From a bacterium (lineage in GTDB: Bacteria > Electryoneota > Electryoneia > Electryoneales > Electryoneaceae), in NCBI GenBank assembly GCA_043801585.1, contig JAZDLX010000007.1:9379-73378 (forward strand): 64,000 nt of DNA. Reading direction: 5' to 3'. The notes beneath the pieces were generated by a model. It ran no database searches. It was not told the origin of the DNA and was given only the letters and a program-made list of their open reading frames with translations. This document shows, one piece after another, positions 17,985-28,505 of the stretch; the first letter of the stretch is position 1, and each line of letters starts with the position of its first letter. Both the position numbers and the translations under genes were made by a program.

Positions 17985-19358
17985 TCAACCTTTTTTCTTC
18001 TGCAGGTTGCGTTTGCGGAATTCCTGCCACGGTTCTTCGCCCGCCTCGCTGACAACACCGCGGATGATTGGCGGAATCTCCATTGGGTCATCCCGCAGGT
18101 CGATCGCCTTTCGGATGCGTTCGCCGACTTCCCGGCATTGTGAATCGCTCGCGCCGAGGACAGTGACGAGTGGGTCTCCCTTGTTCACCTTGTCACCCAT
18201 CTCCGGGTGGATCAGAAAGCCCGCTGAGAAATCGATGTCCTCTTCCGCGTTTTTTCTTCCCGCGCCCAGCGCCACACCCGCGAGACCCATTTCCAGCGCG
18301 TTGATCCCGTGCAGCCAACCGTTCCTGTCGGCTTCGAGCACAATGGACGAGGGCGCAGGGTGGGGGTTTGCTCCCTTTTCCAGGGCCGCCGGGTCCCCGC
18401 CCTGGGCGATGACAGCATTGCGGAAGGTTTTGAAACCCTTGCCGGAGTTCCACAGGTCCGTGAGCCGTTTCTCACCGTTGACAGGAGAATCGTCGATCCC
18501 GATCAGCGCGAGCAGAGTACCGCCGAGGGCGAGCGTCAGTTCGTGCATATCGTCACGGACGCCCTCGCCGCGCAGTGCCACCAGGCACTCGTCCGTCTCC
18601 AGCCAGTTTCCCACTGCCTTGCCAAGCGGGTGGTTCATGGACGTCACCAGGGAGGCGGACTTCAATCCGAAATGGGAAGCTGTTTTCACCAGCCACCTCG
18701 CCAGTTCCCAGGCGTCTTTCTCCTCCTGCATGAACGCGCCGTAACCGCATTTGACATCGAACACGATGGCTTCGATGCCTTCGGCTACCTTTTTGGAGAG
18801 AATCGAGGAGGTGATCAGGGGAAAGGAACGAACGGTGCTTGTCACATCACGAAGGGCGTACATCCGTTGATCGGCGGGAACGATGTCCTTTGTCTGTGCG
18901 CCAAAGGCGAGGCCAAGATCACGAACCTGGGATTGCAGCTCGGAAACGCTCAAATCCGTGCGCATTCCGGGAATGCTCTCCAGTTTGTCCAGGGTTCCAC
19001 CGGTGTGACCCAGTCCCCGGCCGGTGATCGTAGGAACGTAAATCCCCGCCGCGGCAACGAGAGGAGCGAGGATCAGGGTAATCTTGTCGCCAACGCCTCC
19101 GGTGCTGTGTTTGTCGCCGAGAGGGTTGACGCCGTCGAAATGGATCGTTGCGCCCGACTCGATCATCGCCTCGGTGAGCGCAGCGGTTTCGTCCAGTTCC
19201 ATGCCGCGGAAATAGACGGCCATCAGCCACGCTGTCATCTGGTAATCGGGAATTTCACCTTCGACGAATCCCCGGATGAAATCACGTATCTGTTCGGGAG
19301 TGTGAGTCCGGCCTGCTTGCTTGTCGGCTATAAATTCACCGGGTAATCGAGTTGACAT
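17985..19358 (-). CDS. deoA: Thymidine / pyrimidine-nucleoside phosphorylase
   Basis: It carries the STGGVGDK motif and is 457 aa with the full glycosyltransferase family 3 pattern. Confidence 0.9.
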   Translation of the reverse strand: MSTRLPGEFIADKQAGRTHTPEQIRDFIRGFVEGEIPDYQMTAWLMAVYFRGMELDETAALTEAMIESGATIHFDGVNPLGDKHSTGGVGDKITLILAPLVAAAGIYVPTITGRGLGHTGGTLDKLESIPGMRTDLSVSELQSQVRDLGLAFGAQTKDIVPADQRMYALRDVTSTVRSFPLITSSILSKKVAEGIEAIVFDVKCGYGAFMQEEKDAWELARWLVKTASHFGLKSASLVTSMNHPLGKAVGNWLETDECLVALRGEGVRDDMHELTLALGGTLLALIGIDDSPVNGEKRLTDLWNSGKGFKTFRNAVIAQGGDPAALEKGANPHPAPSSIVLEADRNGWLHGINALEMGLAGVALGAGRKNAEEDIDFSAGFLIHPEMGDKVNKGDPLVTVLGASDSQCREVGERIRKAIDLRDDPMEIPPIIRGVVSEAGEEPWQEFRKRNLQKKKG

Positions 19359-19511
19359 GGGTGCGCCTGTAATGTTGGATCGATTCAGGGTCTATTCGTT
19401 ACGTTCATGCTTCCGAAAGGATCGGATCTGGACTGGCGAAAGTCCCCCTCAACGCGAACAAATTCAACCTGGTTACCGTCGGTTGGGGGTCTTCACAGCA
19501 CTCCTGCATAC

Positions 19512-20159
19512 CTACAACTCACTATCATCATCTTTTTCTTCTTCGCCTTCACCCGCGGCCTTTTCCTTCTCCCATTCCTCCTCGGCCATGATGTTCAACT
19601 GGTGTCGAACCTCACGTGCGAGCGCCTTTCCGGAAAGCCTGTCGATATCGGACCACTGACCATTGACGATCAGCGTTCCTGCCTCCTCGCCGGGTTTCAA
19701 CTTCATCACCTTCATCTTCGCGGTGCCGATAATGTCCAGGGGGGGTTCCGACGCTGTGACGTCGAGATCGATCCCCTCGACGATTTCATCGGTCGGGTCA
19801 AAGAGAATCAGCCTGACACCACCTGCGGAAATGTCCAGAATCTCAGCCTGAAACCGATCGGTACCGTCGAGCGAGCTGACGTCGACCGTAAACGTCTTTT
19901 CCAATCGTGGAGTGTGGCGCCGGGAAGTGGTTACACCGATTCCCTTTTTCTGACGCCATTTTATAACGCGATGAGGGGGTTTCTTCATCCGCCGGAACGC
20001 TTCATCGTCACCGGCGATTTTTCGAAGCCTGACTTCCCGTAAAGCGAGGAATGCGATCAGTGCGAGGAACAGCAGCAACAGGATGATGATGACATAGTCA
20101 TAGATCCCTGTTGTGGATCCCTTGAAATATTTGAGAATTCCCTCGACATCCTGCCCCAT
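19512..20159 (-). CDS. PilZ-domain protein with an N-terminal TM helix
   Basis: The RRHTPR ... DISAGGVRL motif is PilZ (RxxxR / DxSxGG). The N-terminus has the hydrophobic helix YVIIILLLLFLALIAFLAL. Confidence 0.65.
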   Translation of the reverse strand: MGQDVEGILKYFKGSTTGIYDYVIIILLLLFLALIAFLALREVRLRKIAGDDEAFRRMKKPPHRVIKWRQKKGIGVTTSRRHTPRLEKTFTVDVSSLDGTDRFQAEILDISAGGVRLILFDPTDEIVEGIDLDVTASEPPLDIIGTAKMKVMKLKPGEEAGTLIVNGQWSDIDRLSGKALAREVRHQLNIMAEEEWEKEKAAGEGEEEKDDDSEL

Positions 20160-20270
20160 AATGCCTCCAGCCCTTGAACGGTAACAACAGGAAAAATATA
20201 CGATACTTTTGAAGGGGGTCTAAGGCAACTCTCGCGGTACCTCAAATCTCGGTGATTTGCCCCGTTAGAG

Positions 20271-21344
20271 TTATTCCGGGAGGATTCGGATTGGATTGGT
20301 AAAGACCCATCCCCTGCCGCGACGGTAGGTCTCGAGACGCCAGATGCCATCGTCCCGGGTGGTGAATCTCAATTCCTTGCCGCGGAGCCGGATCACCGGG
20401 GTGCCGTTCCGCACCAGGATCATGTCTGCGTCGAGGGGCGAGTGGGCGACAAAGGTCACCTCGCCTCCAGGATCGAGGCGTTGAATCGGGAGAATACGCT
20501 GACCCTCCGAGATGGCATAGAAACGGAACCCGTGGGGGCGGCCGACACGGTGGTTTGCCCCGAAGTGACGCCCCTCACGGAGTGCGGAATAGATCTGCCG
20601 TTTTGCCACCTCGTAGGTCTTCGAGAGCGGCTCTTCCAGCAACAGGTGGGTGAGCAGGCTGCGAAACTGGACCTTGTAGTGGAACACCTTGACGTGGAGC
20701 AATCCCCAGAGGAGGGGGTATTTCAGCGAGTGCGCATCGACCCCCACGTATCCGACCACCGGGCGGTTTCGGTTCAGCAGATCCCACGTCGCCAGGGTTT
20801 CGGGCTCCGGACGAGTGAGACTTTTCAGTGGGTGGAGGAAGCGCTGCAACCTGTTGAATCGTGTCAACCCCTCGACCCATTGGCTGAGCTGGTTCCAGAT
20901 CTCGATTCCGTCAATCGGCGCATCCCAGGCCGTCCATGGGAAGGGTGGCATATCCTTGAATGCAGTTCGTTTTTCGTGGGGGTGGGCGATCGCTCCAAAA
21001 CCGCCCATCTTTTGAACCGCGCGGACGTACTCCGCAATGTTGGACTGGTCAGGAACGTGATCGATATCGAAGGCGAGGTAATGGTTTGGCAGGTCCTCAT
21101 CGCCGAGTTCCGAACCGATCATCACGTTCACCCGGCCGTATTTCCCCTCCTGACCAAGCTCGTACGCTTTGAGATGTTCGTGATCGGTGATGATCAGCCA
21201 ATCGAGTCTGCGTTCGTTGGCATAACGGGCGATTTCCTCGGTCGTGCCGGTCCCATCCGAATAGAGAGTGTGCATGTGAAGCACGCCCACCGACTCGTGC
21301 AGCCGGGGTCCCGGACCGTCGTCCATTTTACGCCCGATGATCAT
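20271..21344 (-). CDS. PHP-domain metal-dependent phosphoesterase
   Basis: The N-terminus LHMHTLYSDG plus later His and Asp residues are typical of the PHP (polymerase/histidinol-phosphatase) fold. Confidence 0.75.
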   Translation of the reverse strand: MIIGRKMDDGPGPRLHESVGVLHMHTLYSDGTGTTEEIARYANERRLDWLIITDHEHLKAYELGQEGKYGRVNVMIGSELGDEDLPNHYLAFDIDHVPDQSNIAEYVRAVQKMGGFGAIAHPHEKRTAFKDMPPFPWTAWDAPIDGIEIWNQLSQWVEGLTRFNRLQRFLHPLKSLTRPEPETLATWDLLNRNRPVVGYVGVDAHSLKYPLLWGLLHVKVFHYKVQFRSLLTHLLLEEPLSKTYEVAKRQIYSALREGRHFGANHRVGRPHGFRFYAISEGQRILPIQRLDPGGEVTFVAHSPLDADMILVRNGTPVIRLRGKELRFTTRDDGIWRLETYRRGRGWVFTNPIRILPE

Positions 21345-21910
21345 AGACCGAGCTCGCTGGAGATGGAAGCCATAGCGTCACGTGCAAGCAACAGAAACTC
21401 GACCAGTTCGAGCCCGAGTTCCGAACATGTCTTCATCTGCTCGCGATCCGCACCGGCGGCGAATCGTTTCTCCTTGAAACGGCGTAACATGAAATCGGCG
21501 TCCAGCGATGCAACTTTCTTCTCGGGATGCATCAACGCACAGGCAACGATGAAACCGGTTACCGGATCCCCACAATAGATCGCCTTTTCCATCGCTGCCG
21601 ACCTCGGAACGAAACCAGCATGAGCGTGAATGGCATTCAACATCTCTTCTGAAACATTGCCTTCAGCTTCAAGGAACTCGCGGGTGATATACGTGTGGTG
21701 CGGAAAATCGTCCTTCGTCTCTTCATAATCGAGATCGTGCAGCAGTCCTGTCAGCCCCCAGACCTCCTCGTCGGCGCCTTCCAGTCTCGCCAGCGCACGC
21801 ATCACCGCCTCGACAGCGTAAACGTGCTTGCGGAGGTTCTTGTTCACGAGCTTCTCGTGCACCAGTTCAAGGGCGCGTTCGCGGCTGATCATGACAATGC
21901 TCCCCTGCAA
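21341..21910 (-). CDS. HD/HDIG-domain metal-dependent phosphohydrolase
   Basis: H..HD motif: HVYAVEAVMRALARL..LTGLLHDLDY. It is translationally coupled to the PHP gene by a 4-nt overlap. Confidence 0.65.
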   Translation of the reverse strand: MQGSIVMISRERALELVHEKLVNKNLRKHVYAVEAVMRALARLEGADEEVWGLTGLLHDLDYEETKDDFPHHTYITREFLEAEGNVSEEMLNAIHAHAGFVPRSAAMEKAIYCGDPVTGFIVACALMHPEKKVASLDADFMLRRFKEKRFAAGADREQMKTCSELGLELVEFLLLARDAMASISSELGL

Positions 21911-21919
21911 GTGGACGTG

Positions 21920-22630
21920 CTAATGGTCGAACGTTATGCGCAGACCTGTTGTTATTCCATCTCCCTGGGGTGTGACACCGAGCGTTGGGTCGATGTGGAA
22001 ATCGTAAAGATGTGCTTCAACATAGGCATCCGTCGCTGCGAGCAATGTGACTCCCGCTGTCCACCAGATCAACTTGTTGCGGTCGCTCTTGTAGAAATCC
22101 GCCAGGTAGTAGTGCCATGTATAGACTCTTTCCGGTGAACCCTGTGCAAGGGTTTGATCTGCCAGTTGGCGATTTGTCTTTGAGAGCCGGTCCTGCTGGA
22201 GAATACCCGCTATCATCCCTGCGTCGGTTCCAAAGAAGGCAAGTGACTTGAAATAATTGTGAGTGTAGAATTGTCCCAATCCCGGCACCAGAAGGCTCAT
22301 GATAAATGCCTTGGTGGGACTTTTCCGGAGCGGGACTCCGTGGTCCATGTTTACCTGGTGCATGTCGATCTGGGGTCCGCTCGTTCCGAAGCTGCGGTTA
22401 TACTCGTCTTGAAAGCGATTCACTTTCGGTTCGAGAGAATCGCCCGGCTGCGGGGCGGCAGGGGGTTCCATCTCTGCTCCCGAACGTGTCGAATCCACCG
22501 AAACCGTTGAGTCCGAACGCACCGCCGACTGGCCATGAACGGGCGTGAACACCCCCGATCCCAGAAAAAGCGACAGCCCGAACAGCAGAACGGCAGAGAG
22601 CGGTATCAGTCGCTGATTAGTGCAACGCAT
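21920..22630 (-). CDS. DUF5683-like membrane protein
   Basis: It has a signal peptide and the [17 protein letters not shown] motif characteristic of DUF5683 (FCB group). Confidence 0.6.
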   Translation of the reverse strand: MRCTNQRLIPLSAVLLFGLSLFLGSGVFTPVHGQSAVRSDSTVSVDSTRSGAEMEPPAAPQPGDSLEPKVNRFQDEYNRSFGTSGPQIDMHQVNMDHGVPLRKSPTKAFIMSLLVPGLGQFYTHNYFKSLAFFGTDAGMIAGILQQDRLSKTNRQLADQTLAQGSPERVYTWHYYLADFYKSDRNKLIWWTAGVTLLAATDAYVEAHLYDFHIDPTLGVTPQGDGITTGLRITFDH

Positions 22631-22992
22631 TCGATCTCGACGAGTACGTTCTTTGGCAGACGGGAGACTTCAACGGCGCTCCGGGCAGGAGGGTTCTCTC
22701 CGAAATACCCGGAATAGACCTCGTTCATCGTCGCGAAGTCGTCCATGCTCTGTAGAAACACTGTCGTTTTCACAACTTGTTCCAACGAGGACCCCGCTGC
22801 CTCAACGACTCCCTTCAGATTCTCCAGGACGCGACGGGTCTGCTCGCGGATCTCGACACCGACAACGTTTCCCGTATCCGGATCCATCGCGATCTGTCCG
22901 GCGGTGAAGAGGAAGGAACCTTGAGCGATAATCCCCTGACTGTAGGGGCCAATGGCTTGGGGGGCGTTTTCGGTGGCAAGAACACGGCGCAT
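22606..22992 (-). CDS. ridA: RidA/YjgF-family reactive-intermediate deaminase
   Basis: The product starts [20 protein letters not shown] and carries the YjgF signature. The start was moved to M22 of the ORF-caller protein. Confidence 0.85.
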   Translation of the reverse strand: MRRVLATENAPQAIGPYSQGIIAQGSFLFTAGQIAMDPDTGNVVGVEIREQTRRVLENLKGVVEAAGSSLEQVVKTTVFLQSMDDFATMNEVYSGYFGENPPARSAVEVSRLPKNVLVEIECVALISD

Positions 22993-23183
22993 GATCACCT
23001 CGAGTAGGTTGAATCCGAACCCTTTCAACGTAGCGAGTTCCGAATACCGGGTCAAGAAGAGTCGGCGCTGGAAAGAGGGCGTCAGGATGACTACGGTGGG
23101 GACGTCAGGATGATGTAAGTGGAACCACCGTCCTCAGGTCGTTCATCCGCAAGCGGCGATCAGGGGACCTGCCACAAAAGCGT

Positions 23184-24086
23184 TCACCTGATATGAAAGA
23201 TGTCCTTGAAGACATACCCGGCGACACGCGGATTTTCCTTGAGCCGCCGCGTCGAATAGGCGTACCAATCCTTCCCGAAGGGGACGTAGACACGCATTTT
23301 GTGACCATCGGCAATGATCTGGCGCCGCAATGTTTCGGTGACGCCGAGCAGCATCTGAAATTCGTATTTATCCGGGGTGATTTTCAGCTCTCTGATGATC
23401 CGGTTGGCTTCATAGACGAGCATCTCATCGTGGGTGGCGATGCCGATGTATATGCCGGATGAAAGCGCTTTGCGCAAAAGCATCACAAAATTGCGGCGGA
23501 CGATGTCAAAATTCCTGTGGGCAATCTCAGGCGGCTCAATGTAAATGCCCTTGCAAAGGCGGATGTTCGCTCTCGCCGGAATCAGGCGGTCATCCAGATC
23601 CTTCACCGTCCGGCGCAGGTACGCCTGCACGACGACTCCGACCTCTTCATATTCCTTGCGCAGGTCTTCATAAAGATCGAGGGTGAGGGTCGTGAACGGG
23701 CTGTCCTCCATGTCAATGCGCACGAAATTGTTCTGTTCGCGCAGCTTCTCAATGATCTGAAGAAAATTGTTCCTGCACAGGTTGTAATCGAGGGCCAGGC
23801 CCATCTGGGTTGGTTTGATTGAGATGTTGGCGTCCAGTCCTTCATTGGTGATGGTATCGATAACGCCGAGGTACCGCTGAACGGCATCCTTCGTCTCTTC
23901 CGGCCGGGTTGCCGATTCCCCGAGGACGTCGATGGTGGCACAGGCGCCCTGGCGATTTAACGTTTTCACGGCGCGGATCGCGTCCTCGATGGTCTCACCG
24001 GCGATGTAGGGTTCTGCAAAATGGCGGACAATGGGTTTGGGGACGAAGGGCAGAGTGGCGACGATAAATCGATCAAGCAGACTCAT
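23184..24086 (-). CDS. Proline dehydrogenase (monofunctional PutA-like)
   Basis: A 301-aa protein from the MSLLDRF start. It has a ProDH TIM-barrel pattern, including LLGVTETLRRQI and YVPFGKDWYAY. Confidence 0.8.
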   Translation of the reverse strand: MSLLDRFIVATLPFVPKPIVRHFAEPYIAGETIEDAIRAVKTLNRQGACATIDVLGESATRPEETKDAVQRYLGVIDTITNEGLDANISIKPTQMGLALDYNLCRNNFLQIIEKLREQNNFVRIDMEDSPFTTLTLDLYEDLRKEYEEVGVVVQAYLRRTVKDLDDRLIPARANIRLCKGIYIEPPEIAHRNFDIVRRNFVMLLRKALSSGIYIGIATHDEMLVYEANRIIRELKITPDKYEFQMLLGVTETLRRQIIADGHKMRVYVPFGKDWYAYSTRRLKENPRVAGYVFKDIFHIR

Positions 24087-24204
24087 CTCAAGCTCCTGGC
24101 AAACGTTCAGGGGCGAATCCCCACGGTCAGAATTGCTGCAAATATACCATGAACCCCAACGTGCTCGCCAGCGATGCCTCGGGCCGTACGTGTCAATAAA
24201 ATCA

Positions 24205-24260
24205 GGCCCTTCGCAACTTCGGTCATCCGCCGGTTGGCGGACTCCTGCTTGCGAAGGGCC
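24205..24260 (-). terminator. Putative terminator of the GT2 operon on the minus strand
   Basis: A 12-bp stem (GGCCCTTCGCAA / TTGCGAAGGGCC) with a 32-nt loop is followed on the minus strand by TGATTTTATTG. Confidence 0.4.
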
Positions 24261-24323
24261 GAGGTCGCACGGCTTTCGCCGCTGCAATCAGATTCTAACA
24301 AAGGGATCAGCCCCAGTCAAGTT

Positions 24324-25499
24324 TCAGCGAGGCCGCCGGTAAATCTGGCCTTTCCAGACCACGGGCCAGCGAGTCAACCAGGCGAACAACAACAGATGGT
24401 TCAGTGCGATCTGGTAAAACTCCTGCAGAAAGATCTCCCAGGTGTGGACTTTATCCCCGATACGCGTGCTGATCCGGCGGATGACGATCCAGTCGCCGAT
24501 GGCCATCATCACCAATGCGGTCAACGCCTGCCACGGGTACAAGAAGATCATCCAGGGCACCACGATCCGGATCAGAAAGATCAGCGAAAAGATCAGCGTG
24601 TTCAGTGGGTTGAAGATTCTCAATCCAGCAGCCCAGCGCCGTTTCTGCCGCCAGAGGATTTTCAACCTTTGGATCGGTGCGGTGATGATTCGGGCTTCAG
24701 GTTCGAGAATCATCGCCATGGCGCCGCGGCTGTGATGCATAAAATGGTTCATCAGGGCGTAGTCTTCGATCACCGTGCTCCCGATGACTCGGTAGCCACC
24801 CGTCCGCCGGTAGGTGCTCATCCGGATCCCGAGGTTGTTCCCGATGAGGAATGCGGAGTGAAAACGCCCTGTGATTCGAGTGATTGCTTGTGGCAGCCTG
24901 TCGAACCAGCAGTACCTGCCGTCGCTGGGTCCGCAGGAGTTCGTCAGGCCCGCCATCATGCCCAGGTAGTACCAGTGGTCGACTCGCTGCATGTGCTCCA
25001 CCGGTCGTTCGATTCCCTGTACTTTCTCAACGGTCACCAGCCCGCCGATAGCGTCCATGTCATCGGTGAAATGACTCATCATCGAGGACACCCAGGTCGG
25101 TGGAATGACGCAATCCCCATCGGTTATCAGGGAGTATTCGGTGTCCACAAGTTCAAGTCCCTCCGCAAGGGCATGAACTTTACCCTTCAGCGTTTTGTCC
25201 TCATCCTTCAGATGAAGTACACGAGTGGAGAACCGCGAGCGCCGGGCGTACTCTTCCATCATCGTACCGGTGGCATCCGTCGAAAGGTGGTCGACGAGGA
25301 TGATTTTCAAATTCTTTTCGGGGTAATCCTGGGTGTCGATGGAAGCGAGAAGGTTCAGGAGGTTCTGTTCTTCATCCCGAGCGCAGATCAGAACCGTGAC
25401 CTCCGGCTGATCATCACGGGTGGGGAGTGGCCGGCGCATTCCATTGACGATCAACAGCGCTGTAATGAGACAGAGGAGACCGATCAGAAGGGCAATCAT
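24324..25499 (-). CDS. Membrane glycosyltransferase family 2, processive type
   Basis: The DxD motif is ITDGDC and the QxxRW motif is RQKRRW. TM helices lie N- and C-terminal to the catalytic domain. The start was moved to M21. Confidence 0.8.
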   Translation of the reverse strand: MIALLIGLLCLITALLIVNGMRRPLPTRDDQPEVTVLICARDEEQNLLNLLASIDTQDYPEKNLKIILVDHLSTDATGTMMEEYARRSRFSTRVLHLKDEDKTLKGKVHALAEGLELVDTEYSLITDGDCVIPPTWVSSMMSHFTDDMDAIGGLVTVEKVQGIERPVEHMQRVDHWYYLGMMAGLTNSCGPSDGRYCWFDRLPQAITRITGRFHSAFLIGNNLGIRMSTYRRTGGYRVIGSTVIEDYALMNHFMHHSRGAMAMILEPEARIITAPIQRLKILWRQKRRWAAGLRIFNPLNTLIFSLIFLIRIVVPWMIFLYPWQALTALVMMAIGDWIVIRRISTRIGDKVHTWEIFLQEFYQIALNHLLLFAWLTRWPVVWKGQIYRRPR

Positions 25500-26242
25500 G
25501 CTGCTCTCCCCGCAAGAAACTCCCTGATTGACCCGAGACGCAACCCGGCATGTTTCCACAATGGCAGCACCGTGTCGAGCACCCTCGGCAACAGGTGGCC
25601 GTTGACCCCGCCGTCGTGCAGCACGATGATGTCCCCCGGCTTCGCGTGTTTCAGCAGCCGTTCGGAAATCTGGCTGGCCTGCACACCCTCCTTCCAGTCT
25701 CCGACGACGAGGCTGAAGAGGATCAGACGGGCGTTCAGTTCCGCCGCCGAGGCGACCGCAGCGTAATCGAAACGTCCAAAGGGAGGACGCAGCAACAGGG
25801 GAGTATCACCCGCAAACGGCGAACCTTTTGAAAGAGGGAGGATGGCGGGGTTCATTTCGATGCTGCGGCGAAACCGGGTGAGGAACCACCAGGCTTGATG
25901 GCTGGCGCCATGATAGCCGATGGAATGTCCTTCGCGGCGCATGCGGGCAATCACTTTTTCCTGCCCTTCGATACGGTCGCCACGCAGAAAGAAGACAGCC
26001 TTGACGTGGTGGCGTTTCAGGCTGTCCAGTACCAATGGAGTGATCTCCGCAACCGGGCCGTCATCAAAGGTGAGCAGAAGAGGACCCTGTTCCCGATCAG
26101 GGTGTCCCCAGAGCGCATCGGGAAACAGACGGATGAATACCTCCGGGGTTCGTTGAACAGGTCCACGGAGGGTTTTCAGATCGTCGAGGAGCTGTCGCGG
26201 ATCGCGGTATCGTGCAAGCTCCCGCCATACGCGGTCGAGCAT
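25496..26242 (-). CDS. Polysaccharide deacetylase (NodB homology domain)
   Basis: The LLTFDDGP motif and downstream His residues mark a NodB domain. The start is M129 of the ORF-caller protein, which overlaps the upstream stop as TAATG. The first 128 codons of that ORF belong to the upstream gene's reading frame. Confidence 0.8.
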   Translation of the reverse strand: MLDRVWRELARYRDPRQLLDDLKTLRGPVQRTPEVFIRLFPDALWGHPDREQGPLLLTFDDGPVAEITPLVLDSLKRHHVKAVFFLRGDRIEGQEKVIARMRREGHSIGYHGASHQAWWFLTRFRRSIEMNPAILPLSKGSPFAGDTPLLLRPPFGRFDYAAVASAAELNARLILFSLVVGDWKEGVQASQISERLLKHAKPGDIIVLHDGGVNGHLLPRVLDTVLPLWKHAGLRLGSIREFLAGRAA

Positions 26243-27420
26243 TAACTCGCCCTCCGCGATGACTTCCCCTTGATCATCGGTTGCAGACCGCCGAAGGTTT
26301 GTCCCTTCCAGGTGAACGAGAAGAACTGGCCACGGATGCCCGCGTAGAGGATTGCCGGGGCGTGGAGGAGTTCCGTGATCAGGAACTTGCCGATAGGAAG
26401 CCGTTCTCCGAACCGCTTCGTTCCGATCTGCATGATATGCGTCTCGGCCACCAGTTTGCCGGCGACCATCGCCAGCGAAAGGGCCGGGTTCATTCTCCCG
26501 AGAATCGTGATTGGGATCGACAGCGCCGCCGCAAAGTAGTAGGCGAACGTTCCGACGAGCAGCACCATCAAATACGGCGGATAGTAGAAACCCTTCGAGG
26601 ACCAGCGTGCTCTCTGATTCACCCACTGGCGCGTCGTGTCCACCGGCTTGCTGAACACGTATCCTTCAGGCCGGTCGATGAAGATCACCCTGCCGCCGTG
26701 CGTCATCACATCCTGCAACAGGAAAACGTCATCACCCGAGGCGACACGGTCGTTGCTGCCATACCCGCCGATCCGGTCGTACACGCTGCGGCGGGCGGCA
26801 AGGTTGGAGCCGTGGGCGTTCTGCACGTGACCAGCGCCGATCGCTCCAGCGGCCATCACCGAGTAGGAGAGATGCTCCAGGCTCTCGTAATCGGACCACC
26901 AGGGAACCGGATCTCCTTTGTCACGGATGAACCGGCTGACGCCTGTCGCACCGTCCACATTGTGATCGGAAAACGGCCCCGCCAACGCCCGCAACCAGCG
27001 CGGTCCCATCCAGCAGTCCGCGTCCGTGGTGACGATCACCTCGCCGGTGGCCAGCTCGATGCCCCGTGCGAGGGCGTATTTCTTCGGAGCGCGGCCCTGG
27101 CTCGATTCCTCGTCACGGATCCGGAGCACCTTGTATTTGACTCCGCGGCCTTCCCGCGATCGCACGAGATCTCCGGTTTGATCGCGGCTGCGGTCGTCGA
27201 CGACGATCACTTCGAACTTGTCTTTGGGGTAATCCTGTGCTTCGAGGGCATCCAGCAACCGTCCGATCCGGGTCTCCTCGTCCCGTGCGGCCACGACGAT
27301 GGACGCCGTAGGCAGGTCGGCATCCTTTTCGACCATCGGGGCACGGGGGAGAATGCGCAAGCCCACTCGCACGATGATCAGGAAGGCGAAGTAGACCAGC
27401 GCCGACAACCAGGAGAACAT
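26242..27420 (-). CDS. Membrane glycosyltransferase family 2, processive type
   Basis: It has VVDDRS, a TTDAD DxD motif and a QRARW QxxRW motif, with multiple TM helices. The start was moved to M66. Confidence 0.8.
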   Translation of the reverse strand: MFSWLSALVYFAFLIIVRVGLRILPRAPMVEKDADLPTASIVVAARDEETRIGRLLDALEAQDYPKDKFEVIVVDDRSRDQTGDLVRSREGRGVKYKVLRIRDEESSQGRAPKKYALARGIELATGEVIVTTDADCWMGPRWLRALAGPFSDHNVDGATGVSRFIRDKGDPVPWWSDYESLEHLSYSVMAAGAIGAGHVQNAHGSNLAARRSVYDRIGGYGSNDRVASGDDVFLLQDVMTHGGRVIFIDRPEGYVFSKPVDTTRQWVNQRARWSSKGFYYPPYLMVLLVGTFAYYFAAALSIPITILGRMNPALSLAMVAGKLVAETHIMQIGTKRFGERLPIGKFLITELLHAPAILYAGIRGQFFSFTWKGQTFGGLQPMIKGKSSRRAS

Positions 27421-27431
27421 GTAGAAGATGG

Positions 27432-28490
27432 TCACGGCGTATCCTCCCGTGACAATCCGAGACGACGGAGCAGCGCCTGGGGACGCATCCGGAACAGCAC
27501 CCACAGCCCGAAGATCCCCGGAATCAGGACGTTCATTCCGAACAGGATCAGCGATGCGGAGAATCCGGTTGTGTTTGCAATGGCATAGCGCTCGTAGAAC
27601 GAAACCGCCGCCCATTCACCAACGCCGAGGTTCCCAAGCGAAATGGGGAGGGCGGTTTTCACGAACAGTGCCGCCGCGTACGTATGTGCCGCCACCCACC
27701 AGGCAACCGGTTGAAACGCCAGGCTGATCAGCCAGAACTGGGTCAGGATAATGATGAACTGCAACGCTGTGGCAAGGGTCAGCCGAATGCAGTGGACAGG
27801 CTGGATGCCGTCATAGGCCCTGAGCAGCTCAAGCGTCCGCCCCTTCGCCCCGATCGCCAACTGGATCGCCAACAGCAAGGATTTCAACGGTGTCGGTGTC
27901 AACGCGAAGATCAGGTAGACGAGGGGCAGCAACGACACGATAACGCCCACTTCCGTCCTCAAACCGGAGGGCAGTGCAGTGTTGAATCCCGGCATCCAGA
28001 ACAGCAGGAAGGGTCCGAGCAGGGCGACAGCGCCGGCGAAATACATTTTATCGAGAACGTGCAGACCCGCGAGTCGCAATCGTGAAGGAGCTTCAAGGAG
28101 GAACACCCTGCCGATTTCACCGACACGTCCCGGAGTGATCAATCCCAGCGAAAGACCTCCGAGGAAACTGGCAAATGTCCTGCCGAAACGCACTGATGGC
28201 AATTCGGAACGGACGAGGATCCACCAGCGAAGTCCCTGCAACGCCAGGTTGATGGGAACCAGGAGCGCCGCCAGCAGGATCAGGGTTCCATTCGCTTTTG
28301 CCAGCGCATTGCCGAGTGCGTCCTTCTGCATCGTTTTCACGAGGAGGTAGAGCAGGGCGAAGGACAATGCAGCTTTCGCAAGCCGGATCAACCACGTCAG
28401 GAGAGTCCGGCGCTTCACACCATTGGGTTGGGGTGAGGTCGAAAGTTTCGGGGCCGCTTCAGCGCCAGGATGTTGGGACATCGGTGCCAT
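27432..28490 (-). CDS. UPF0104 / flippase-like (LPG-synthase TM-region-like) membrane protein
   Basis: A 352-aa polytopic membrane protein with a GRVGEIGRVFLL motif typical of the TIGR00374/AglD-like family. Confidence 0.65.
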   Translation of the reverse strand: MAPMSQHPGAEAAPKLSTSPQPNGVKRRTLLTWLIRLAKAALSFALLYLLVKTMQKDALGNALAKANGTLILLAALLVPINLALQGLRWWILVRSELPSVRFGRTFASFLGGLSLGLITPGRVGEIGRVFLLEAPSRLRLAGLHVLDKMYFAGAVALLGPFLLFWMPGFNTALPSGLRTEVGVIVSLLPLVYLIFALTPTPLKSLLLAIQLAIGAKGRTLELLRAYDGIQPVHCIRLTLATALQFIIILTQFWLISLAFQPVAWWVAAHTYAAALFVKTALPISLGNLGVGEWAAVSFYERYAIANTTGFSASLILFGMNVLIPGIFGLWVLFRMRPQALLRRLGLSREDTP

Positions 28491-28505
28491 CAGGTTGGTT
28501 CCGCC

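Noticed and set aside
26243-26626. N-terminal 128 codons of the 376-aa ORF 25496..26626, as part of the deacetylase.
   Set aside because: This stretch is an alternative frame of the upstream GT2 gene's 3' end and has a nonsensical Arg/Gly/Pro-rich translation. The NodB domain begins at M129, which forms a TAATG stop/start junction with the GT2 gene.
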